This document shows positions 50,381 through 60,461 of a stretch of DNA of 64,000 bases, in pieces. The stretch covers positions 13,890 through 77,889 of the forward strand of contig JAZRJD010000049.1 of NCBI GenBank assembly GCA_045645625.1. Direction: 5' to 3'. Position 1 is the first letter of the stretch; the number at the start of each line of letters is the position of its first letter. Origin of the DNA: Alistipes sp. (lineage in GTDB: Bacteria; Bacteroidota; Bacteroidia; Bacteroidales; Rikenellaceae). The translations under genes were made by a program, and so were the position numbers. The notes under the pieces are model-generated. The model was not told the DNA's origin and made no database searches. It worked only from the letters and a program-made list of their open reading frames with translations.

Positions 50381-52504
50381 TTATCCGATAACCATCAATA
50401 CTGCATCGGTAGCAACATTATCGCCCTCGGCAACGAGCACCTGCTGAACAGTTCCATCATAGTCCGAAGTAATGGAATTTTCCATCTTCATCGCCTCCAA
50501 TATGGCAACCTCATCGCCCGCCTTGACTACATCGCCCGCCTTGACCTTCAATGCGATAACACGACCCGGCAGCGGAGCAGTAACCTTATTGCCTGTAACA
50601 GCCTTTGGTGCAGCGGCCTCTGCCTTTGGTGCTACAACAGGGGCATCGCTCAACTCGATAAGCACGGCATCGGTAGCGACATTCTCGCCCGCAACAACCA
50701 AAATCTGCTTAACATATCCCGCAGCATCGGCAGTAATCGAGTTCTCCATTTTCATAGCCTCCAAAACGGCAACCTCCTGACCTACGGCTACCGCATCGCC
50801 GACCTTAACCTTAACCTCGATAACCTTGCCCGGCAGCGGAGCAACGATAGTGTGACCGGTAATTGGCTGTGCTTTTGGCTCGGCAGCAACTGTCACCTCC
50901 TCCTTTGCAGGGGCCTCGGCAGCAACCTTTGCCTGATAAGCCTTCACCTTAACACCAGTGAGGTATGGTTTAGCAACAAGCGGGAACAATTCGAGCAATA
51001 ACTCCTCCTTCTCGTTCTCTGCCAACTTTACGCCACCTGCCTCTGGGAGTTCAGGGTTTGGCTGGTGTTGATACTTCGAGATATCGTAGTTGCTCTCCTC
51101 GCGTACGCCGCAAATCTTGAAGCGGAACTCAGGGTCTACCGGTACAGGAGTAGTTCCGTACTCGCCCTTCACGAGGCTCACGAACTGGTTATTCTTGGTG
51201 GTGTACATTGCACGACCTGCCTTCAAATCGAGGGCGCAGTTCACAGCCTGTGCGCCGACAATCTGCGATGTAGGAGTTACGAGTGGTGGCAAACCTGCCG
51301 AGAGGCGCACCTCAGGAATCAACTCCATAGCCTTTGGCAAGATATCCTCAGCCTTCAATGCCTGCAACTGCGCAACCATATTCGAGTACATACCGCCCGG
51401 AATCTCAGCCTCCTGAACTAGTTTGTTCGGTGCAGGGAAGCCGAAATATGCCTCAATCTTCTGCGCTGCATCGAGCAGAGTTGCGAAATCCTCCTTCTCA
51501 ACAGCCTTCACTGCACGGTTGAGTTGCTCCTCAACCTCAGCAGGAGTAGCGTCAGTGAGTGGGTTGAATGGTTTTGGAGCAGGCTTATCCTTTCCGAATA
51601 CCGAAACATTCAACTCGGTGCGAATATCCTTCAACTGCTCGTTAATCTTCGCAACAGCCTCCATATTTACGCCCATATCAATACCGAGTTTCTGGCAGAA
51701 GAGATAGACAAGTTCCAATGCAGGAGCACCCGTACCACCACCAAACCACCAGCAGTTGGTATCAACCACATCTACACCCGCAGCGATAGCCGCATATACC
51801 GATGCAAGACCGTAGCCCGGAGTACAGTGTGTGTGGAAATCGACAGGAACGCCCGTAGCAGCCTTCAACTTCTTGACGAGTGCGCTAACGCGGTGTGGCG
51901 GAATCAAGCCCGACATATCCTTGATGGTAATCATATCGGCACCGAGTTCAGCCAAGACCTTCGCCTTCGATACGAAGTAGTCATCGGTAAACACCGGAGC
52001 AGGACTCTTCTTGCCCATCAACTTCTGCCAGAAGGAGAGGTGCGGATATCTAGGGTCTACGGTGTAGCAGACTGCGCAGTCGGCAATACCGCCATACTTC
52101 TTTACATATTTAATAGTAGATTTTACATTCTCGACATCGTTCAAGCAGTCAAAGATACGCATAATACCCAAACCGCTCTCGATGGAGTTGCGGCAGAAAC
52201 CCTCGATAATCTCATCGGTGTAAGGAGCATAACCGAAGAGGTTACGACCACGCGAAAGAGCGGTAAGTTTCGATACATCACCCACCTCCTTCTTGATGCT
52301 TTCGAGACGATACCAAGGATTCTCGCCGAGGTAACGCATCACCGAGTCAGGTACAGCACCGCCCCATACCTCCATAGCATAGAAGTGTGCATCTTTGTAA
52401 TACGGCAAGCATCTTTCAACTTGTGCCTGCGTCATACGCGTTGCAAAAGAGGACTGTTGTCCGTCTCGCAAAGTCAAATCTCTGATTTTAAGAGTCTTAG
52501 CCAT
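50381..52504 (-). CDS. Oxaloacetate decarboxylase alpha / pyruvate carboxylase B-type carboxyltransferase with two biotinyl domains
   Basis: RDGQQS, EVWGGA, IKDMSG, HTH, PPLVTPTSQIVG; EAMKMEN occurs twice. Confidence 0.9.
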   Translation of the reverse strand: MAKTLKIRDLTLRDGQQSSFATRMTQAQVERCLPYYKDAHFYAMEVWGGAVPDSVMRYLGENPWYRLESIKKEVGDVSKLTALSRGRNLFGYAPYTDEIIEGFCRNSIESGLGIMRIFDCLNDVENVKSTIKYVKKYGGIADCAVCYTVDPRYPHLSFWQKLMGKKSPAPVFTDDYFVSKAKVLAELGADMITIKDMSGLIPPHRVSALVKKLKAATGVPVDFHTHCTPGYGLASVYAAIAAGVDVVDTNCWWFGGGTGAPALELVYLFCQKLGIDMGVNMEAVAKINEQLKDIRTELNVSVFGKDKPAPKPFNPLTDATPAEVEEQLNRAVKAVEKEDFATLLDAAQKIEAYFGFPAPNKLVQEAEIPGGMYSNMVAQLQALKAEDILPKAMELIPEVRLSAGLPPLVTPTSQIVGAQAVNCALDLKAGRAMYTTKNNQFVSLVKGEYGTTPVPVDPEFRFKICGVREESNYDISKYQHQPNPELPEAGGVKLAENEKEELLLELFPLVAKPYLTGVKVKAYQAKVAAEAPAKEEVTVAAEPKAQPITGHTIVAPLPGKVIEVKVKVGDAVAVGQEVAVLEAMKMENSITADAAGYVKQILVVAGENVATDAVLIELSDAPVVAPKAEAAAPKAVTGNKVTAPLPGRVIALKVKAGDVVKAGDEVAILEAMKMENSITSDYDGTVQQVLVAEGDNVATDAVLMVIG

Positions 52505-52871
52505 AATTTGTGTTATTTTGAATTTATTTATTGTGATATATCTTCTCCAATAGTATTAACAAAGTTAATGATTTTTCGCAAGAAACAACAAAAAACAGAC
52601 AAAAAAGTTAAAAAGTTAAGAAAAGCATAATAGTTCAATCTTGTGTGCTATTTTTTCGAGGAGATAAGAGTGCTCGCATCTGTTGGATAAGGCGTATAGA
52701 CAGATATATTTATAAAAAATGGAATTATATACTTTCGTGTTGTAAAAATATAGTCATTTCAAGCGAACAAAGTTAGCGTGGGAATCTTCCTCTTGTTTAT
52801 ATCAACAACACTAAACTATATAATTCCGTAAAAAAATTAGAAAAAGATTTTGCAGAAACAGAAATTTCGCT

Positions 52872-52879
52872 TATCTTTG
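52872..52879 (+). promoter_or_regulatory. Sigma-A promoter -7 box of tRNA-Met
   Basis: TATCTTTG with TTTG 19 nt upstream (52849-52852). Confidence 0.8.
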
Positions 52880-52897
52880 CACTCGCTTAATCGCAAT

Positions 52898-52971
52898 GGC
52901 GGGATAGCTCAGCTGGTTAGAGCGCATGATTCATAATCATGAGGTCGAGAGTTCAAGTCTCTCTCCCGCTA
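52898..52971 (+). tRNA. tRNA-Met (CAT), probably elongator; Ile2 not excluded; CCA not encoded
   Basis: GGCGGGA/TCCCGCT acceptor stem, D-arm TAGCTCAGCTGGTTAGAGC, anticodon loop TTCATAA, T-loop GTTCAAGTC. Confidence 0.93.
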
Positions 52972-52982
52972 CAAAAAATGTT

Positions 52983-53012
52983 TAGGAGTGGTTTTTGCCA
53001 CTCCTATTTTTT
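52983..53012 (+). terminator. tRNA-Met terminator
   Basis: taggagtgg-tttttg-ccactccta followed by TTTTTT. Confidence 0.8.
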
Positions 53013-53159
53013 GTAGCGGGAGAGAGACGGTGTGTTACCCACCCCCTAAATCCCCCTCCTGTGAGGGGGACTTATATTTTCGATTGCTCAACCTTTTTGC
53101 GAACTCCATTACCCTTTCGTAATCCTCTATGAACGAGTTAGAAATTTCGATATTTTGAC

Positions 53160-53211
53160 CTACAAAAAATGTTTAGGAGTGGTTTTTGCCACTCCTATTT
53201 TTTGTAGCGGG
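53160..53211 (+). repeat. 52-bp exact direct repeat of 52969-53020
   Basis: ctacaaaaaatgtttaggagtggtttttgccactcctattttttgtagcggg present twice. Confidence 0.9.
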
Positions 53212-53235
53212 GAGAGGATAATTCTTTTGTCTAAT

Positions 53236-53264
53236 AAAAAAGCAACCTCCGAAGGTTGCTTTTT
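53236..53264 (-). terminator. Terminator after udk
   Basis: aaaaagcaacct-ccga-aggttgcttttt. Confidence 0.8.
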
Positions 53265-53265
53265 G

Positions 53266-53886
53266 TTATTTCTCTACGATTGAGCGGATATTTTGTATCA
53301 GCATAGAGACTGCGACCGAGTTGAAACCTCCCTCGGGAATAATTACATCGGCATATCGCTTCGAGGGCTCCACGAACTGCTCGTGCATGGGTTTTACCGT
53401 GGTGGTGTATTGCGAAATCACCGACTCCATCGAGCGACCTCGCTCACGAACATCGCGCAGAATACGGCGTGCCAAGCGCACATCGGCATCGGTATCTACA
53501 TATACCTTTATATCCATGGCGTTGCGCAACTCCTCGTTCTCGAAGATTAATATGCCATCTACAATTATAACCTTCGATGGCTTCACCGTCAGGGTCTGCT
53601 CCGTGCGGTTATGCTCCACAAAGGAATAGGTCGGACACTCCACTGTCTTGCCCTCCTTCAATGCCTTGATATGCTCTACCATCAGCCAAGTATCGAAGGC
53701 ATCGGGGTGGTCATAGTTGAGTTTGGTGCGCTCCTCGTATGTCAGTTCGGGGTGTGCCTTATAGTAGAAGTCGTGGCAGATAGTTGCCACATCGTCACCC
53801 CTGAATGCCTCTTGCAATCGCTTCACAAGAGTGCTCTTGCCCGAGCCTGTGCCACCTGCGACACCGATTACTACAACATCTTTCAT
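53266..53886 (-). CDS. udk: Uridine kinase
   Basis: GVAGGTGSGKST, NYDHPDAFD, RRILRD..ERGR, KPMHEQFVEPSK.YAD. Confidence 0.95.
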   Translation of the reverse strand: MKDVVVIGVAGGTGSGKSTLVKRLQEAFRGDDVATICHDFYYKAHPELTYEERTKLNYDHPDAFDTWLMVEHIKALKEGKTVECPTYSFVEHNRTEQTLTVKPSKVIIVDGILIFENEELRNAMDIKVYVDTDADVRLARRILRDVRERGRSMESVISQYTTTVKPMHEQFVEPSKRYADVIIPEGGFNSVAVSMLIQNIRSIVEK

Positions 53887-53944
53887 AACTTTATGGGCTT
53901 TTAGCCATTGGCTAATTATTGTACAATCAAAAAAGGCTAATAGC

Positions 53945-53973
53945 AAAAATAGCGGGCATAAACCCGCTATTTT
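53945..53973 (-). terminator. Terminator after gyrB
   Basis: aaaatagcggg-cataaa-cccgctatttt. Confidence 0.8.
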
Positions 53974-53974
53974 A

Positions 53975-55945
<1,971 letters not shown>

Positions 55946-56042
55946 TTAAACCTATTTTCTACTCCGTAATCGCCCACCTCTCTGTATGCCTCTCGCATAC
56001 TCCTTATATAGCGCGTAGCGCGCACGCGCGCGATTAATTGTG

Positions 56043-56050
56043 CAAATATA
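56043..56050 (-). promoter_or_regulatory. Probable gyrB promoter -7 box
   Basis: TATATTTG on the minus strand, about 107 nt upstream of the ATG. Confidence 0.55.
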
Positions 56051-56088
56051 CTCCTTTTTTTTGGAACTTGCAAGTCTAAATCGAAGAA

Positions 56089-56838
56089 TTAACTAATTTT
56101 TGGCGTAATCAACTCCTGAATATCTATCTCCTTTGTCGTTTTATGCGCAAAAAGAAGCGTTCTTGACGGGTAACTCTCGATAAGTGAGGTGTTATGTGTC
56201 GACATTACCACGGCAGTCCCTTTGGCTGCTATTTCGTGGAAAAGTCGCACGATACCCTCCGCCGTTACGGGGTCGAGATTTACCGTAGGCTCGTCTGCCA
56301 AGATGACCTCGGGGGAGTTTAGCAATGCGCGTGCAATGACAAGTCGCTGGCGTTCGCCACCCGACAACTCGAAAGGCATTCTGTCGGCTCTATCTTTCAG
56401 TCCTACGAGCGATAGTACCTCCTCGATGCGATGCTCGATAGCGCCTTTGCTTCTCCAACCTGTCGCTTGCAATGCGCAGAGCAGGTTGTCGTGGGCGTTG
56501 CGGTCGGAGAGAAGAATCAACTCCTGAAAGACCATCGCCACCTTACGGCGCAAGTATGGTATCTTGCTCTGTTTTAGGCGTGTAAGGTCGAATCCGGCAA
56601 TCTCGCCCATACCCTTGACCAGAGGCAGTTCGCCATAGAGGGTTTTCAGCAGCGAGGACTTGCCGCTACCCACGCGACCGATAAGGTAGACCACCTCGCC
56701 TGCGGCTATTTCGAGGTCGAGGTTTTCGAGTACCTTCTCGCCCGCCTTCTCGCGGGTACGGGGTGTCAGTGTAACATTCGGATTCTCTGCGTGATATATA
56801 GCAGCACCTTGCAGTTTTGCAACGATTTTTCTCTCCAT
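56089..56838 (-). CDS. ftsE: FtsE-like ABC ATPase
   Basis: GRVGSGKSSLLK.LY, IPYLRR, LSGGERQR, ADEPT.NLDP. Confidence 0.8.
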   Translation of the reverse strand: MERKIVAKLQGAAIYHAENPNVTLTPRTREKAGEKVLENLDLEIAAGEVVYLIGRVGSGKSSLLKTLYGELPLVKGMGEIAGFDLTRLKQSKIPYLRRKVAMVFQELILLSDRNAHDNLLCALQATGWRSKGAIEHRIEEVLSLVGLKDRADRMPFELSGGERQRLVIARALLNSPEVILADEPTVNLDPVTAEGIVRLFHEIAAKGTAVVMSTHNTSLIESYPSRTLLFAHKTTKEIDIQELITPKIS

Positions 56839-56933
56839 CTCCGTTTTCGTAAATTTATCGTGGTAAAGATACGAAATAAAACTCAAAACTTAAAGCGGAA
56901 AGCGGAAAACTTTTAGGTTTTGTGAGTGGTTGC

Positions 56934-57019
56934 GAACTCCGAGCGTGGTCGAGGCGCAGCGATTTATAGGGTAATAGGGGCGGGCTTTCAGTCCTTAATA
57001 GGGGTTATAGGGTGCGCGG
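56934..57019 (+). repeat. Composite ATAGGGG intergenic repeat copy
   Basis: 43/45 identity to 12882-12926. Confidence 0.8.
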
Positions 57020-57069
57020 AGACTAAATCTAAATAAAGATTAGACGATCGCTGCGATTAAGACTAGACC

Positions 57070-57117
57070 GACAGACCCCACCGCCCTTGTCGGGCACCTC
57101 CCCTAACTTAGGGGAGG
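57070..57117 (+). repeat. REP-like double-hairpin repeat
   Basis: gacagaccccaccgccc..cgggcacctcccctaActtaggggagg; near-identical copy at 60415-60461. Confidence 0.85.
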
Positions 57118-57390
57118 AATACCCACTCGTCTATAAAAACGCCATCAAGAGTCGAACGGCGGCAGCAGCCGAGAGGGTGCCAAGTATAGGCTGTTGCAAC
57201 CGTAGGTTGTTGTGATTGAGGCACGATGTATCAAAATTTATTTTGATTACAATCGAGTATCAAGCGCAATAATTGCGCAGCAATCAACAGCCGATATGCA
57301 GATAAGGAGTCCGAGGCGCCCCAAGCTGACCGACACTCGCCTACCTCCACAAACACAAAAAGCGGCAAAACGCCGCTTTCGTTGTATTTG

Positions 57391-57791
57391 TGGAGGTGGC
57401 GAGAGTCGAACTCGCGTCCAAACAAGGAGCCCGAAGGCTTTCTACACGCTTAGTCGTCACTTAATCCTTCTCTCACAGCCCGGCAGACGACCGCCAAACC
57501 ATAAGCCCAGCCTCTAAATCTCGCACGATAACCGAGGCGCATATCGCACTATCTTCAAATGATTGATACCCCGTATGAAGAGTCGTTATGAAGCGGAACG
57601 CCCCTTCGGGATACTCGTTGATGGACAAGCCTTGTGCCCTTCAATTAAGCCAATTTTCCTTGAAAATTAGGCAGCGAGTGCATAGCTATTATTGCCATTT
57701 GTAGTTTGAGTGTTACAGATTTACGAGCGCCCACACAATGCTCGGCGTGCTTACCAACAAACTCTACCTGCTGTCAAAACCGGTCACCCCC
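57391..57791 (-). ncRNA. ssrA: tmRNA
   Basis: 5' GGGGGTGACCGGTTTTGACAG, 3' GAGTTCGACTCTCGCCACCTCCA with G3:U70 pair; tag ORF GGC AAT AAT AGC TAT GCA CTC GCT GCC TAA = GNNSYALAA. Confidence 0.95.
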
Positions 57792-57834
57792 AATAGTTGC
57801 CGGTGCAGCGGATAGTTGTCCGTAGTCTGCGGTG

Positions 57835-57842
57835 CAAAGATA
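57835..57842 (-). promoter_or_regulatory. ssrA promoter -7 box
   Basis: TATCTTTG on the minus strand, about 44 nt upstream of the mature 5' end. Confidence 0.7.
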
Positions 57843-57906
57843 GTGCAAAAAAATTAAAAATTGAGAATTAAGAACTATTTTTCAACTACTCACTAATTGA
57901 ACTCTC

Positions 57907-57988
57907 CGCGCATTAAATTCTCTGCTCGCCCTATAACCCTTATTGCCCCCATAGCCCCTATAATCGCCACGCCTTGACTGCGCTCGGA
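57907..57988 (-). repeat. Composite ATAGGGG intergenic repeat copy (inverted relative to the 56934 copy)
   Basis: Reverse complement: tccgagcgcagtcaaggcgtggcgattataggggctatgggggcaataagggttatagggcg...tgcgcg. Confidence 0.65.
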
Positions 57989-58065
57989 ATTGTTGGTATG
58001 CACTTTTAATTGGAAATTAGTAGCAAAAACTTCTGTTACCTATTGTAAATTATATGTAAGAATTG

Positions 58066-58073
58066 TATCTTTG
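58066..58073 (+). promoter_or_regulatory. Pilus operon promoter -7 box
   Basis: TATCTTTG about 57 nt before the ATG at 58130. Confidence 0.6.
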
Positions 58074-58129
58074 CGCGAAATAGGGAAAATAGTGTGCAGT
58101 ATGGCGTGCAGATACGCCGTGTAAGGTTA

Positions 58130-59443
58130 ATGAAAAGATATGCAATTGTTCTAACCCTCTTTCTGCTGCTCCACTCGTTGGCATTGGCGCGGAGTTCCGA
58201 GGTTGAAAATCTCGGTTCTCTCTCTTCGCGTGTGCGCGAATCGAACGAACAGATAAGCCTGAATGTAATCACCAATCTGCAAAACATATCCATTCGCTAC
58301 GAGAATAATAAGGCGTGGCCACGCTGGGATTATGCTAATAATAGTAAAGCGCGTACGGCTCTTGTAGATGCAGTGAAAAAACTCTCCTCCGAGGAGAGTA
58401 ATGTCCGCACAATTGTTATCGAGGGTGCAGCATCGCCCATAGGTAGCGAGGAGTATAACTATCGCCTTGCTATGCGGCGTGCCGAGGAGCTTCGTGGTAT
58501 TATCTCCCGAATGGAGGGTGGCAACAAGTTGAAGATACATGTTATATCGGCAGGAGAGGACTGGCACACATTCCAATCCTATATCGATAGGAATTACCAC
58601 GAACCTAATCGCGAAAAAGTCCTTTCTATTCTCCGTACCGATGCCTCAAACGATAAGAAAGAGCGACAACTCCAAGCTCTCGACAATAGTAGAACTTGGC
58701 GTAAGTTAGTACGGGAGTTTATGGCATCGGCACGAAATGCTGCGGTTATCCATATCGTGGAGATTGCCGACTTGGCACCAAAAGAGCCTCCTCTCAAATT
58801 CCGCCCTATTGTCGCTCCGGTCATAGAATATGAAATTACTAAATCGGAGGAGCCAAAGGATACGGTACGGAAAGAGCAACTCCCAATTCGCAAACCTGTC
58901 GTTGCTCTGCGCTCGAATCTGCTTGTGCCGGCGTTGAATGTGGGTGTTGAGGTGCCTATTGGCACACACTGGTCGGTCGGGGCCGACTACTACTTCCCGT
59001 GGGTGTGGCCTAAGCGCGACAACAAAAACTGTTTCGAGCTGCTGTCGTGGGGCATTGAGGGGCGTTATTGGTTTGGTCGCAACCGCACGGTCTTCGACCG
59101 CCTGCAAGGTCATTCGGTAGGTCTTTATGGCTATATGGGATACTACGACTTCGAGCGCAACTTCCACGGTCATCAGGGCGAGTTTGTAAATGTAGGCTTG
59201 GACTACACCTACGCTATGGCGGTGGGTAAGCGCAAGCAGGTACACTTCGAGTTCTCGCTCGGCGTGGGTTACATCTACTCGCAGGCGAGAAAATATACCG
59301 TCATCGAGGCGGGAGCACCGCTCATTAGCGACAAGATAACCAAGAAGATAGGCTTCTTTGGTCCTACGAAGGCGAATATCTCGCTCGTAGTGCCGATTTT
59401 CCAAAAGGTTAAACCAAACGATAAAAAGCGTGGCGATGAGTAG
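58130..59443 (+). CDS. OmpA-like + DUF3575 outer-membrane protein (first gene of the pilus operon)
   Basis: IEGAASP.G....N.RLA.RRA..L, GEDW (OmpA_C-like); ALRSNLL, NVGVEVP, YDFE....GHQGE, FGPTKA.ISL (DUF3575-like). Confidence 0.85.
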   Translation: MKRYAIVLTLFLLLHSLALARSSEVENLGSLSSRVRESNEQISLNVITNLQNISIRYENNKAWPRWDYANNSKARTALVDAVKKLSSEESNVRTIVIEGAASPIGSEEYNYRLAMRRAEELRGIISRMEGGNKLKIHVISAGEDWHTFQSYIDRNYHEPNREKVLSILRTDASNDKKERQLQALDNSRTWRKLVREFMASARNAAVIHIVEIADLAPKEPPLKFRPIVAPVIEYEITKSEEPKDTVRKEQLPIRKPVVALRSNLLVPALNVGVEVPIGTHWSVGADYYFPWVWPKRDNKNCFELLSWGIEGRYWFGRNRTVFDRLQGHSVGLYGYMGYYDFERNFHGHQGEFVNVGLDYTYAMAVGKRKQVHFEFSLGVGYIYSQARKYTVIEAGAPLISDKITKKIGFFGPTKANISLVVPIFQKVKPNDKKRGDE

Positions 59444-60392
59444 AGTACGATACATACTGCTTGTCGCTGTGGCGGCTCTTCTTGCGGTGGCGTGCCAACG
59501 CCGACCAATAGAGGAGGAGTATCTGCGTATATATCTCGACCTCGATATCGAGCGCGAGGTGGTGAACTACGAGGTGGGCGAGAATGAACCGGGCTTGATG
59601 CGTGTGGCATTCTTCGATGCTGTGTCGGGAGAGTATCTCAGCCACGACTTCGTGTCGCAAGATGGTGGTTATATCTTCGCGCCGTATGGAGATGTCGATA
59701 TGGTGGTCTACAATATCGAGGCGGGCGAGACGCATGTACGCAACTACTATGTATGGGCAGATATCGAGGCGTATACCGATGAGATTAGCGAGCAACAGCG
59801 CAGCCGTTTTACGCGATACTTGCAGTCGCGTGTCGATACTCGCCCATCGTACGATGATATTCGCCTTACACCGGGACACCTCTTTGTTGCACGCGAGCGA
59901 AATCTGCATATCCCTCGCCATATCTCCCAAGATGTCTATATAATCCACGCCACTGCCAAGACGGTTGTCGAGAGTTGGACTGTCGAGGTGAATGGCATTA
60001 CAGGTATGGAGTGGGTAGGCTCCGTGTCAATGATGATTTCCGGACAAGCAGGAACCCATTTTGTTGCAGTAGATGAAGATTCGACCATACCTATTGCTCT
60101 CTACTTCGATGTCGTGAGCGCACAACGACGCAGTATGACGATGACCTCACGATTCGAAACCTTCGGACGCGAACGCACGAGTGGCGATAAGGCTCTGTTG
60201 AGCATTCTCTTTACCGATATTCAAGGACACTCTTACATGTATAACTTTGATGTATCAGCGCAGATGGAGAACAATCCTGCACAGCATATAGTGATAAATG
60301 GCGATATAAATATCCCAAAACCAGAGATTGGAGGAGGTTTCAAACCGGAGGTTGATGATTGGAAGGAGTATGAATACGATATAGAGATTTAG
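59436..60392 (+). CDS. DUF5119-family lipoprotein
   Basis: Lipobox AVAC-QRRP; MRVAFFD; FETFG; DVS.Q; C-terminal GGGFKPEVDDW. Confidence 0.8.
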   Translation: MSRVRYILLVAVAALLAVACQRRPIEEEYLRIYLDLDIEREVVNYEVGENEPGLMRVAFFDAVSGEYLSHDFVSQDGGYIFAPYGDVDMVVYNIEAGETHVRNYYVWADIEAYTDEISEQQRSRFTRYLQSRVDTRPSYDDIRLTPGHLFVARERNLHIPRHISQDVYIIHATAKTVVESWTVEVNGITGMEWVGSVSMMISGQAGTHFVAVDEDSTIPIALYFDVVSAQRRSMTMTSRFETFGRERTSGDKALLSILFTDIQGHSYMYNFDVSAQMENNPAQHIVINGDINIPKPEIGGGFKPEVDDWKEYEYDIEI

Positions 60393-60414
60393 ACGAGAGA
60401 CGAAAGACGAGAGT

Positions 60415-60461
60415 GACAGACCCCACCGCCCTAACGGGCACCTCCCCTAGCTTAGGGGAGG
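60415..60461 (+). repeat. REP-like double-hairpin repeat
   Basis: Near-identical to 57070-57117. Confidence 0.85.

Noticed and set aside
51524-52630. 368-aa plus-strand ORF
   Set aside because: Antisense shadow of the carboxyltransferase gene.
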